The notes below the pieces were generated by a model. That model did no database searches. It was not told where the DNA came from and saw only the letters and a program-made list of their open reading frames with translations. A stretch of DNA of 64,000 nt from Camelus dromedarius (lineage: Eukaryota), in assembly GCF_036321535.1 (NCBI RefSeq), contig NC_087436.1, positions 120,778,001 through 120,842,000 of the forward strand, written 5' to 3'. The first letter of the stretch is position 1. Each line of letters opens with the position of its first letter. The position numbers were made by a program, and so were the translations under genes. Shown here piece after piece: positions 24,501-40,400 of this stretch.

Positions 24501-26599
24501 TGGCTCCGTGGGGACGCACCCTGAGCTCACCACCTCTGGCTGGGGATCAAACCTCACTCCCAGGGTCTGGGAGAGGTCGGCAGTGACATACACACACTCC
24601 AGTCCCCTGGTCGTATTCAGGACTGTGGGATGATTGGCTGGGGTCCTGGGGTCCAGAGCCTCCTTCCTCCAGGCCCTGTGAAAGAATCAGACTTCCAGTG
24701 GAGAGACCCTTAGGAAAGTCCTTGGGGAGAGAGTTGCGGATCAGAGAGGGCCCCAGCACAGGGTGGGCTTCCTCAAAAACCCATTTTCCACTGGGGCCTC
24801 CCAGTTCCCTCCTCTCTGCCACACTCAGGGGGCAATGACCGCCCCCCCCCACCTTGTTTCTGAGACACCTGGAGTCTGGTGGGCCCTGCTCTCTGGGCTC
24901 AACCTTGCTTGTCGTTGAATTCAGGAGCAGAGGGAAGAGGAGGGAGGTGTGGCTTCCAGCTTCTGGGGCCTTTCTTGGGGCCACATTAGGTTTGTCTGTA
25001 AAAATGGGCACAGTGGGTGAGACTGGAGCTGGCAAGGGTCCCTTTCAGGAAGCTGGAGGTTTTGGCTCCAGCCAGGAGGTGGCTCATAGACTGTCACCAC
25101 CACCACACCACCACCCCTCCACACGCACACAAGGGAATGGAATGTTTTTAAGGGGTCCCTGTCCACAAAAACAATTTGAATCATCATGAGTCAGTGTGTC
25201 AGCATCAGTCTGCCACCCAGTCTCTCCAGTCCCACCTCTGGCCAGGCTGCCCTTCAGGGATCTCCACCCACAGAGGTCCCTACTGCCTTGGGGCTTCCCT
25301 CTCAGATTCCACAAAGGCCTAGTGGGTCCCAGCCACTCTAGAGGGCCTTAGAAAATTCCAAGGAAAGCACTTTTGAGGGGCATCCTAGGGTACAGAAGCA
25401 CTGCCCCTGAGCTGCCCCACCCCAGCCGCGTGTGGGGACTCGGGTAGGGAAAGAAAGGCCAACCGGAAGGGAAGAGAAGCTTGATGAAGGCCGAGGGGAG
25501 AAACTAGAGAAACCTTCCTTCCGAGCTGGTGAGCTGCCCTCGCCCACCCGTCTCCCGGCGCCCCAGCCAGGGCGCCGCTCTCGCCACATGTCTCTCATAT
25601 GCACTTGTTGTGTCGTTTCCCCCACTGGAAAGAGGGCTGGACACAGGTCTGCCTTCCCGCACACATAATCTGTGTAATCTGGAGTTGGGTAAGGCCTGAA
25701 TCCTCATTCATAAACTGGGGACATCACTCCCCTCGCCAGATTACTGTGGGGATGCAGTGAGACAATTCCTGTAAAGAGGGTGATCAACTTTCAGCTCAGA
25801 AAAAGCCTCAGTGTCATGTGGGTGGGGGAGTAAATGCCCACGAACAACAAGGAGAGCAAGGCCAGCTTGCCCAGGAAGCCAGGGTCTCTGTCCACCTCTG
25901 GACACCAAATTTCCTAGGCCAGTTGTATCGCTGGGATGTTGGAGGCGCAACTGCCCGTGGTGGGAGTAGGGGACACAGACGTGGACACACTAGGTCTCTG
26001 CTGGGGATGAAGCAAAGGTCGGAGGACTTATGGGTCCGGGAGTGTGGAAGCTTGGGCCCTGGAGGGGCAGACGCAGGGTTAGATAGAGGTGCAGCTGTGT
26101 TACTGGAGGGCTCTTGCGCATGCGTGCGCCCCGGCCTGCGGTGACAGTGTGTGCGGGCACCTTCAGGTGTCCTGGAGCCCTAGTAGGAGCATGACTACAT
26201 GAACGAATGGGGGTGGCGGGGACTTGACTTTCTGCGCTCAGGACCAAGCCATGAAAGGCAGCGAGCCCTTGGCACAGGCTAAAGGAAAGGGACCTGTGGG
26301 TCAAGCGTCCTGGCAGTGGGTGTCCTGGGGTGTGATGGGTACAAATCAGGGGCACTTAAGGCTGTGTGCATAGCAGCAAGTCTTGAGCCCGCGCTCTTGT
26401 CATTAGGCCGAGCGACCTTCACCACTGCCACCTACCCACTCCAGAGATTGGCAAGGCGAGCTCAGAAAGATGAAGTGACTTTCCCAAAGCCATGCAGACG
26501 GCCGCTGAAGGCAGCACACAGCTCGGCAGCCTCAACTCTGCGCCCCATCTTTCCGGGAGGGAAGAGTGGAAGGGAGGTGACCCGAGAGCTAGATGGCAG

Positions 26600-28350
26600 A
26601 GAGTGGGACCGAGATGTCCCCAACAAGGGCGGAGACTCGAGGCGAACCGCGAGGTCTCCACCTGCGTCCGCCCAGACCTTTCCTCCCCTCTAGCCTTCGA
26701 GTTTAATACGGCCTCCTCCCAGAAGCCTTCGGGGACCCAGGCGGGCTCAGGCACCTCCCTTCTCTTCGGCCCCAGCCCCGGCCCCTTAGCTAGACCTCGC
26801 CGTCTTAGGTGGTGGCGCGGAGACCGGACGGATGCGCAGCGCGGAGCCAGAGGGGGAAGGGACGGGCGGGGGAAGAGGGGAGCTGGGAGCGGGAAGGGGC
26901 GAGGTGAGAACCGAGGGGCGGGGCCCGAGGGCCGAGCCAGACTCCGAGACGCCGAGGAGACGCCAGGTGAGCCTGGCGGGGGGCGGGGAGGGGGCCCGGG
27001 CGCCGGCGGGAAGAGTGGGGTGGGGCGGGGCCGGAAGGACTGCGGGCGGGGGGCAGGGCACCCCGAGGGCCGCGGGCCCCGAGGGTCTAGAGCTGCGACG
27101 GCCTTGCGCTCCGACGCCCGGCAGCCTGTGCGGGGAGAGGGGCCGCTCGGAGCTGGCCGCCCGCCGGGCCCCGGAGCCGCGGAGCTGGCGCCACCGCCAG
27201 TTTCTCTCCTTCAAGCTCGGGCAGCCGGGCGGGACACTTGGGCCCGGAGCGGCGACAGCCCAGCTCGAGGGCCCCAGAGGGGCAGGCACGGGATCCGGAC
27301 GCGAAGCGGCGCCACCGACTCCCCCCAGCCTGACCCGGGCGACGCAGGGCTTCGGCGCGTCGGGGTCCCTGCGCCGCTGCGTCCCGGAATGCGCGCTTCC
27401 AACCGCCTAGGTCGAGAAGACGTCTCGGCAAAGAAATAAAACCTTAAAGGGGGCCCGGGCCTCCCCGACCCCGACCTGGGCGGGTTCGAAGTGGGTAGGA
27501 AGCATGTTCCGGAGAGGGGGAAATAGAACCGGGCGGAGGGGTACTGCGGTTAGCGGGGACGGACCCACGGGCGGAATCCCGAGCTCCGATGGAGGGAAGA
27601 GAGCAGAGAAGAATGGAGAGGAGACACCGGGAGGTGGAGATCGACTAAAGCTGAGAATCTGAGCGAGAAGAGAAACGCGCGGCCGGGAAGGCAGAGTCCG
27701 GGAGGCACCGCCAAGGCGGGGCGGGTTAGCAACTTCCGCCAGGTCCCCGTCCTGGGGTTGGGGAGACCCCGGGGAGACCCGCAATTCGGAGCTGGAACGG
27801 CCGCATCCCAGAGGCCCTCTTCATGCACCTTGCCGGTCCCTCGTCGGCCTCTCCTAGGGCCTCCTGCCGGGGCCCTCACACCCACAGGATCCCTCCTCTC
27901 CAGGGGATGGGGAGCATCTTCGGACTGGTCCGTCTCGGGATGGAGCGCCAAACACGTGAGCCCCTCCCCCACCTGCCCCCCAGGGATCTCCCGCCCAGCC
28001 TTAGCCACTCATCCCACTTCAGTCCGAGTCTCGGCCCTGCGGACCCTGGGACACCGAGAGCGTCAAGGAAGCACCGAGAAGCCGAAGACACGAACCCAGG
28101 ACCAGGGGGTGGCCGCCGGGCTCAGTCTCCCAGACGGGCAGCAGGGTCGGACCTGGACAGCATACGGCAGCGGCAGCGGCAGCAGCAGCGGGAGATCCCA
28201 GTCCGCGTTGGTGACTCGAGCCGCGAGAGCCGGGAGGCGGCGCCAGCGATCGTGCAGCCCTGATGCGTCCTCCGCGGCGAGGCCTCCCGGGCGGAGGTGA
28301 TCATGGGCGCCGGGGCTCCGGATGGGCACCGAGGGGTGCCCGGACCGGTG
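26600..28350. promoter_or_regulatory. Large orphan CpG island downstream of HMX1
   Basis: About 1.7 kb of CpG-rich sequence with multiple GC boxes; ORFs here are low-complexity. Confidence 0.8.
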
Positions 28351-28609
28351 GGGGAGGGATGGAGGCAGGGACAGCTTCGTGGAGAAAGAGGGAGGTTTCA
28401 GAGTGAAACACGTCTGCAGAGACCGAATTAACGGGTTTTAATTCGCACTTCGAAGTAAGGAGGGGGAAACAAACAAAATGCAAGCAGGGTATAAACTGGA
28501 CGAAGGTCACACGGCGATGCGATAGAAGCAAACCTGCAACGAAAGCAGCGCGCGGCAGAGTCAGCAGCTGGAAATACACACCCTGGGCGTTCCTGGATAG
28601 TCACTTTTT

Positions 28610-28900
28610 AAAGTATTTTTATTGTGAAAGGTTTCAAATCTAAAACAAAGCAGAGGAAGCCTTGAAATGACCCCTTGTGTGCCCACCGCCCACTCAACAG
28701 CGGTCACCTCCCGGCTGGTCCAGTTTCCTACATGCTGCTCCCTTTCAGTTTTACTATTTAATTTGTTTATTTTTGTTGTGATATTTTCAAACCCAGACAT
28801 CACATCATTTTATGAGTAAATACTTAAGTGCATCTTTAACTGATAAGAACTTTAAAAAATTAACAAAACAGCTATAAACCGCCTCACAATAAATCCACAG
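28610..28900 (-). mobile_element. Ancient L1 3' fragment (L1MC/ME-like)
   Basis: TTTTTATTGTGAAA..TTTCAAA...TTTTCAAACCCAGACATCACATCATTTTAT..TAAATACTT.AGTG.ATCT. Confidence 0.55.
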
Positions 28901-30399
28901 CCTAGTCTGACACTCAGAAACAGTTGACTTTTGATGGTGGAGATGCAGACAAACTTTCTGTTTTGACTTCACTGCAATTTCCAGATAATCGCTAATAAGC
29001 ACTATTGCTTTTATTACAAAACAAACAAACAAACAAACGCTGAGGCCAGCGGCCGTGGGAGCCAGCGGGAGCTGGGCGGCCAGTTCTTCCCTTTGGTCTC
29101 CCAGCAGTGAAGCTGGGGACTGCCTCGGGCTTCTCGACTTTTCTTTTTGCACCTTTGTCCCAAGTGTCCATCCGAGTTCTGGATTCAGAGCTCGGTGCTG
29201 TCAGAACAGAGTGGCCCCTTTCCAGTCTATTTGTGAGTTCGGGTCCACCCTACCTTTTCCAGGGAGGGCAGCCAGGCTTTGTACCCAGTTATGGGCTGAG
29301 CCACTTTGGGGACCCAGCTAGGATCATCGGGTTCAGGCTGTGTTCCGGGTTAATAGATGCAGGAGGCTGGGGACCCTTCTATAGGCAAGCAGTTTGCTGA
29401 GGGACAGGGCGACCAAAGGAAACGATCCCTACGATCTGGCTGGTGGGAAGGGGACGCAACTCCTGCTAGAGTGTGCAGGCCGTCAGGGAGGAGCAACCCC
29501 AGAATGGGGCACATGACCTCCACAGCGCCAGGTGGAGGAAGGGGAGTTGTCGGGGCCTTGATGGCCAAGTGACTTCATGGAGTCTCTGCCCCAGAGTCTC
29601 TGCCCCTCAGAGCCCCAGTTTCCCTTTTTGAGAATTGCCAGATGAGACCAGAAAGCCTTGAAGGATGCTTGAGAGACACCCACAGACAGGAGACGGAGAG
29701 AAAAGCCAGCCTAGCCCCTCCTGTCTCCTTCTTGGTACCCACTTGACAGCACCTTCCTTCTCAACCCAGGTGGGTCGCCTTCTAGGTAGGCTCAGAACCA
29801 AGGCTCTGGGAAACCTTCTCCCCATGAAGTCAGACCAAGCTTGGGGGAAGGAGACTGGGGGCCACTGACAGCCCCCAACCTGAACCTGATGAGGAGGGGT
29901 GAGCCGGAGGGGAGGCCCTAGATGGACAGTACAAAGATGGGGGCTCCCCAAGTGCGGAGTGGACAGGGGTGGGGAACTGCCAGCTAGGAGAAGGGCAATC
30001 CCGCGTGCCGGTCAGTCCTGCACGAGGGCTTCGGATGCGGAAGGCAGGAGTGAGGGGCGCTGCCTGCCCTCCCAGCCAGGGCCGGGAGCCGCCAGGTGAG
30101 GCGGGGAGCGCTAAGCACCACCTGGGGTAGGGGGTGCTGGCCTGTCTCTTTCAGCAGGTCTGATTCTGCATGAACTCAGCTGGGACTCCTTGCAGGTCGG
30201 GCGCGATGTCCAAAGCCTGGTGGACCCAACTAGGCTCAGGGACTGTGCAGCCTGAAGCCCTAGGCAGCCCTTGGTGGCTAGAATTGGGTCTCGCTTAAGG
30301 AGAAGTTAGGGTTGGCGGGTTTGGGAGGGCGAGGTACCCGTATGAGAGGCAGAGCAAAGCCATTCATCTTCTGCCGGGAGCCAAGCCAAATTAGGCGAA

Positions 30400-31330
30400 G
30401 TGAGGTTCTTCCGCGATGACGGCGCTGAGTCTGGAACGAGGCTCAGCCCCAGCCTGGTCCCGCGCGCCCTCTAGGGCTGCGTGTTCCGCTCCGATTCGCT
30501 CTGGTTTGTGTCGCCCTTGACGCGACCCTCCTGGGTGCTGGATAATGATGGGGTAAAGTCAGCTTCCCTGAGCGCAGCTGGCCTAATCCAGGTTTGGATT
30601 CACTTTCTCTACTTTGGCGTTAGGGTTCTAGGTCCCGACCCTTCCCAGTGCAGGGCAACAGACCCCTTTTCCGCCTCCCGGCTCCTTCCTTCCGATCCGG
30701 GGGAGTTCGGAGCCGGCGGGCGAGGAAGACGCTCTCCAGCCCAACCTTTCACTGCTTCCATCGAAAGATGCAGCCCTTCTCTTCAAATCTGCTCCGGGTT
30801 TGCAGCCGGCTAGACCCTTCTTCCCTCTGATTCCGGGTAGCAGGCCCGGGCCGGGTGGCGGGGTTTGCTGCTTCCTGGTGGGCGGAGCCAAGGCGCGAAG
30901 CGGTGCCCCCAGCTCTTCACCCTCCGCGCGCGCCGGTGGCTCCGGCGCGACGTGGCTCCCCGGGCGGGCGCGGAGCTCTGGTTTGTGCAGACCGACCCGC
31001 CGCTGAGTGTGAGCCGCCTGGAGACATGGGCAGCGCACCGCGCTTTGCGGCGCACTGGGTCTGGTTGCCACCACTTCGGGACTGCCCCGCATCAGCCACA
31101 AAAAGTCGAATAAAACGGTTGCATCAAGGTGATAACCCCTTTAACCTGGGTTTTAAAGATCCCATTCGTGGTCCAAGAGCCTGTGACCACGGCTGTTGCC
31201 CAATCCCACCGCTTCTGTGTAATGCAGAGAGGGTGCCGCGCCGAGCACAGGCCGCCCCACCGCCTGGCTGCCCGCCTGGTGTGCAGAGGGAAGGTGGCAG
31301 CTGCAGAGTGATCTGCGCTGGGCCGGAGGC
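30400..31330. promoter_or_regulatory. CpG island just 3' of HMX1
   Basis: CGCG-rich stretch, densest at 30840-31090. Confidence 0.65.
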
Positions 31331-32989
31331 CTCTGCGCTGCAGTCAGCTCTGCCAAGGCGCACTGGGTGCATCCTTTCGAGGACTGGCGGTGATGTGTCT
31401 GCTGACTGCATGAGGCCACCACCAAGGTGACAGAAGGCCAAGGTCCCAGGTAGAGCCTGAGCCAAGGGCTCTGAGGCCTAGAGTGGTCACAGTAGGGAAG
31501 AGAGTGGGAGGAAGGAGAGGTGGGTCTGCGCTGCCCCTCGAGTGGCCTTCTTGGCGCCCCACTTCCCCTCTGTGGCCGCTGGTCAGGAGTGAAGGCCTTT
31601 GGAAGCAGTGAATAGCAAGCTCACTGTAGAGAATCAGATCGTAAGCCCCTCGTAACAAAGTCAAATGAACCTAGCGGGAAAGGCAGCAGCGAGGGGCAGC
31701 TCCCCGCTCCCCCAGGAAGAGGAGGCCCAGCCCCAGAAGTGCTGGAGGGAGGCACATGGGGTAGGGGTTGCGTGGGAGGAGGCCCCCCCAGTCTCTCAGG
31801 GTGCCCTCCCCCATCATGCCATGGGCACTGGGAGCCTGACGGTGGGGACCTCAGGGCCCAGAGGAGCAAGGACCACTTAGGCCATAGCCTGCCCTCTCCC
31901 CTTCACCAGGTCCTGCTGCAGCTTTCCAGGGTCTGGCCTCAGGGAACCTGCAGCCGACTGGAAGGGCTGGGGCAGGGGATGATTCTGGGTCAGGGAGCTG
32001 GATAGCAGAGTCCCACAGATGGACTGTCCTTGGGGTGTGGGGAGACACCCATGGCACCTTCTTCTGGTCTGTCTGGAGCCACGCTGAGAATGCCAAGGTG
32101 TTGGGAGGGTGGCTGGTTGCTACCCATCTCCGCGTGGAAGTGTCTGTTCCACCAGGAGACCCAAAGCCACGGGATGAAGATGGGTTTTTGAGGGGGCTCA
32201 GTTCTGTCACAGAAGTGACCTTTTCAAGCCCCAAGTGACCTCTGTCCCCAGGCTTGAGAAGCAGTCAATAAAGCACCCTTCTCCCGTGCAGGAGGCCCCT
32301 GCCCTCACCCGCGACGAGCGGGCAGCAGGGATCCAGCCACTGAAACAAGCTTTCGCTGGGGCCCCATAAACTCAGCCCTGACCTGGAACTTTGCTCATGG
32401 GTCAGGATCAGAGTTTCACAGCTCGAAACGGACTGCAGATGGTTCAGGAAGTGAGGCCAGGGCCAGAGAGAAGTGTTCTCCACCTGACTTTGCTGGGCTG
32501 TCTGGCGCCCGTGTGTTGTTTAGGCCAAAAAAAAAAAAAATCCACATGTTAGAGATGGCACTCCACCCCAGTGCAGGAAGGGGCAGTGGACGGAGAGAGC
32601 CATGTAGCTGGCAGCCCCTTGTGCCAAGTGGCCAGAGTGGCCGATGGGTTCCGCCTTCACCCGACTTGTGGCTTCTGGTATTGGTGAAGGCCCCACAACT
32701 AAGGAACAGGGCTCGCACAGTCCCCTCTTCTGCCCTAGGCCCCTCTCCTCCCCTACCTTGATTTCCCCTGAGTTCCTGCTGGGCCTCCCTGTCTGGGGAA
32801 AGTGGGGGCGTGAGAGTCCAGCCTGCAGACCCCCTACTTCTCGCCTGTCCTGCCCACCCACCCATCTGCCCCTGGCCAGCAGTGGACAGGGCTCCACAAG
32901 GGGGAGCAGCACCCACCACAGCCTGTTCTCAGAGGAGAGCCCGCCCCAGGGATCACAAAGCAGCAGAAACTGTCCAGAAAGCGTCCCTT

Positions 32990-32995
32990 TTTATT
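32990..32995 (-). terminator. HMX1: Polyadenylation signal AATAAA of HMX1
   Basis: TTTATT on the + strand. It is preceded in the mRNA by a U15 run and followed by U/GU-rich TTTCTGCTGCTTTGTG. Confidence 0.82.
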
Positions 32996-33539
32996 CCATA
33001 CGCAAATAAGTAGATTCATTAAAAAAAAAAAAAAAGTCTTCACCGGGATAACCAGAGGCCACAGCCCAGGAGAGAAGCCCCAGTCAGTCCTGTCTTCAGA
33101 ACAGATGCTGGGACAGAAGCCCCTGGCAGGATCGACACCCTTCCCCTCCACGGGGGCTCTCTCCCTGGAGCTCGCTCCCTGCTGAGCCCAGAGGCTAGGC
33201 CATAGCGGCCGAGTGCCCGGGGGGCTGCCGTCCTGCTCGCGCGTTGTCCCGGGCAGGGTCATTCGGGTTGGAAGGTGGTCACTTTGATGAAGCACCTCGG
33301 ACAGCCTGTGTTTGCCAGGCACTGCACCCAGCCGCTGGCTCCAGAGGTGGGGGGGGGGGGGGGACGGGGACGGGGGAGGCGCTGAATTTGCTCATGGGTT
33401 GAGGCCTGTCCCCGTGGGGCTCTGGGCTGCACGGCCGACTGTCTCGGTGATGCCCTCTTCCGAGCGAGGATCCAGCCTTGCCACTGTTTGGAGACCCAGG
33501 GTCACCTGCGGCTCTGCTACATTCTGGACCATATTTAGA

Positions 33540-37096
<3,557 letters not shown>

Positions 37097-37490
37097 TGTC
37101 AGGACTGAGGCCGCCTCCGTAGCCTCCGTGCGACCGCGAGTACCAGCGCGTCCCGCCGCCGCAGCCCAGAGCGTAGGGCGGCCCGGGACCGGGGGGCGGC
37201 CGGGGACCAAGGCCCAGCGCGCCCGGCCCAAGCAGCGCCCGGGCCCGCGCCTCCCCGCCGGGCCCGCCGCCCGCGCGCAGCTGTCTCCGCCGCTGCAGCC
37301 GCCGCCGCCGCGCCTGCTCCGCGTCCTCGTCCTCCGGATCGTCGTCGTCGTCCTCCTCGTCCTCGCGGCCGCCGCCGCCCTGGGCCGCGCGCCCGGAGCC
37401 CTTGGCCTCGGCCGCCAGCAGGTTCTCGATGAGGAAGGAGGAAGCCCGGGCCGGCGTGGCGCGCCCGGGCTCCGTCAGCTCGTCCGGCAT
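37097..37490 (-). CDS. HMX1: HMX1 coding exon 1 (394 nt): eh1-like motif, acidic tract, Gly/Pro-rich linker
   Basis: ATG in context GCCGCGATGC at 37490 gives MPDELTEPGRATPARASSFLIENLLAAEAKG...EDEEDDDDDPEDED...YGGGLSPD, which I recognise as the HMX1 N-terminus. The exon ends at a phase-1 donor, GACA|GTGAGT. Confidence 0.96.
37416..37436 (-). other. HMX1: eh1/TN-like Groucho/TLE interaction motif FLIENLL
   Basis: Matches the FxIxxIL-type eh1 consensus found at the N-terminus of NK-class repressors. Confidence 0.8.
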
Positions 37491-40400
37491 CGCGGCCGCG
37501 GACCGTCGGGCTCTGCCGGGCTCCTCGGGGCTCCGGGCGCCCCCGGCGCGGCGGGTGCCGGTCCCCGCTGGGGACAGTGGCGCGCGGCTCCCTGGCGCAC
37601 GCGCGGGCCGGCCCTGGAACCGCTGCCCGGAGCGCTGGCGTCGGGCCCCGCGGGGCAGGCAGCGGCCTCGGCGCCGGGCTGGGCTGGGCCGGGAGCGGGT
37701 GCGCGCCGACAGCCGACAGGGCGGCCGCCTCGCTCGCCTTTCACGTCGCAGCTCTGGTCGCCGCCCGGGTCGGCCCCGCTGGGGGCGGGGAAGGCAGGGG
37801 AGGGGCCAGCAGGGGCGGGGCGGCGCGGGCCGGGCGGGAGTCCCGCTCAGCCCGAGAACGCGGCGCTGGCCCCGAGCGTGGCCACTGCCGGGAGACGCCG
37901 CCCGGACCCGGGCGCGCAGGCGGTCGCGCGGCCGAGGGCGGGCGGCCGGGGGCCCAGGCTGGGGGTCGCGGCCAGTCCAGCCCCGCGTGATCCATTCCCG
38001 GGGCCTGAGCCACCAGCGCCGGGGATGGGGGTGGGGCCTCGGCCAGGGGGCCGCCCATTGGCTGCGGGGCCCCGATGAGAAACGGACTGGCCAATCACCG
38101 TCCGGCAAGGTTCGTAATTGCCTCGCCGCAGGGAGAGTGTTGGACCCAGCGTGAGGAACAGTGTGTGTGTGCGCGCGCGAGTGTGGTATGTGCTTGTGTG
38201 CACGTGTGTGTGCTTGTATGTGTGTATGTGCATGTGTAAATCGGGTCATGAAGACTCCGGGGCTTCCAAGAAACCGAAAGAGGCTGAACTAGTCATTTTT
38301 TAAAGACCCCGGGTGTCAAGGCTGCAAAAATTGTGGCATATTTTAATATTTACACTTAATGAAATATTCTTTTAATGCCAAATGTAGTGCGATAGAATTC
38401 TCTAGTTCTCAGGTTGTCTCAGAATGTAAGAAAATGCTGGCCCCCACCCCCATTCCCATGGCCCTGCCGGCAACAGGCCCATGTCACGCTGAGTGAGAGA
38501 GGGTCCCCACAATCCCGCTCCCCGGGAGACCTGGGCCTTAGTAGATGAGCGAGAGCCATTGCCCCTGGCCGCGGAGGTCTTGGGGGTACTGTAAACCGGT
38601 AGCGAGTCCCCTCCCACTTAGGCAGCAGGGAGTGTGGTGACAAAAGTGCATCCCGGCCCACGCCGTCGCCCTCGGAGCTGTGGTCGCTCAGGAGTAACCT
38701 GACCGGCCTCCTCCGGGAGCGGGTGACGGCCGAGTCACCGGGTCGCAGCGCCGACGCGCGGGCGGAGCTGGCTTCACCGGACGCGGGTTATCTCGGAGAG
38801 ACACATTCGGCCTCCCGTGCCAGCCAGGGGTCCTGGCCAACCGAGCACCGCCGGCTGCCTCGCTTTAATATTCAGAACAACGACCGCGGAGAGAACATCA
38901 ACCCCACATTATGGAGGGGAAAACAGAGGCGAGGAGAGGAGAGATTCCCCCAGATGGTAAGTGGCTTCCCCAGGCCTGGAATTCCCGCACTCTGGACCCA
39001 AGGCCCTTCTGGCACCAACACTCTAGAGTCGGATAGGAGCAAGGAGCAGCAGATCTGAGAGGCCAGGTGGAGCTGAGGTCCAGCTGGAGGGACCTCGCTG
39101 GCCTGCAACCGTGGAGACAAAATAGTGAGCGCTGCGGGTGCATCTTCTGGCGTGCCTGCCGGGAACCAGTCGTCCTCCAGCCACCCCTTTCCCAGCCTGA
39201 GCCTTCCTGCCCATGAGAAGGGTCCCTGCTGGGAAGGGTCTCTGGTGCCCAGTGGCCTGGAGTCCTCGGGCAGGAGGCACACTCTTCTGCAGACTCACGG
39301 ACTGGATGCTCAGCCCCTCCGGTGCTCCTCTGGCCCTCACGTCCTGCCCCAGGAGGGCACAGATGATCACCGGGGTGTTTAACTCCAGCCTGGAGACAGA
39401 GGATGGGGCCTTTCCCCCACTGTGTAGATGAGGGTGCTGAGCCAAAGTGGGTGGGTTGGGGTCAGGGAGACTCCAAAGGCAGAGGTACCCCGGACAGAGG
39501 GGAGTGAGTCAAGGCAAGAAATGACTGCCCCGGGCTGTTTGGAAGAGAAGCTGCTACCTTTTGGCTCATCACGGGGTCTAATTCAAGGGTGCTTCCGACA
39601 GATGCAGAAACGGGCCAGAGAGGGACTCGGATTAAAAGACAATACGGTGGGAAAGAGTACCTTCCAGATGACCACCTACTTTACGCAGGTGCCCTGGTCC
39701 GGCCTGTGAGTGCCTCCGAAGCCCGTTTCTGGAAACAGCTTTCCGAGCACCTTCAGGGTAGGGGTTTCCTCGGAGTCTGGGTTTGAGTTCTCTCTACTCG
39801 AGGGCTGTGTGGTCCTGGGGGAGGGGGTGCCTCATCTCTCTGATCTTCAGTTTCCTCTCCTGTAAGCCGCTGTTAGTAAACTCCTGCCTATGCTGGCTGT
39901 TGGGAGTGGAAGCCCCGCTGGGCCAGGCCCCCGGGCACCTGGCCATTGGTTGCTGGCCGGTGTCTCCCCACTGCCCCTGGAGAGGTGAGGGGACAGACCA
40001 GACCTGATCGGAGGAGAGTAGGCCTCCCTCGCCCGAAATGGCTTTTTGGGGGTTGGAGGGCGCATTTCCTCTGCCAGGCACTGGGATGTGCAGGGTCCCC
40101 ACACTGCTGATCCCGGAACCACTCTCAGCCACTCTGGCAGTGGAGGGCGGGTACACAGCACAGGGCGTTGGTGAGCGGACCAAGGGTCCCTGCTGAGGTG
40201 CAGGGCCGGTTAGGGAGGCATGAATTAGTTGCACTGGCCCTTACCCAGGCCGCTGCCTCTCTGCTCCGTGCAGAGGTGACGGGAGGCGGGATCCTCGGCA
40301 GAGGCTTGGCGTGTTCTGACCCTGCCCGCAGCTCCATCTCCCAGCATCCAGCTGGTTGCAACTCCAGGACAGTCTGCGGTGGTCAGCCCTTGGGATGCTC

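Noticed and set aside
26492..27439. 315-aa ORF, and other long ORFs in the CpG islands at 23-24, 26-28 and 55-57 kb
   Set aside because: Stop-codon depletion in GC-rich DNA; several frames are open simultaneously; no domain or splice structure.
1..32900. Assignment of the published Hmx1 ear enhancer, or of an alternative distal HMX1 3' exon, to a specific position
   Set aside because: I cannot verify either sequence from memory. The known enhancer is, as I recall, farther downstream than this window reaches, so only unassigned candidates are reported.
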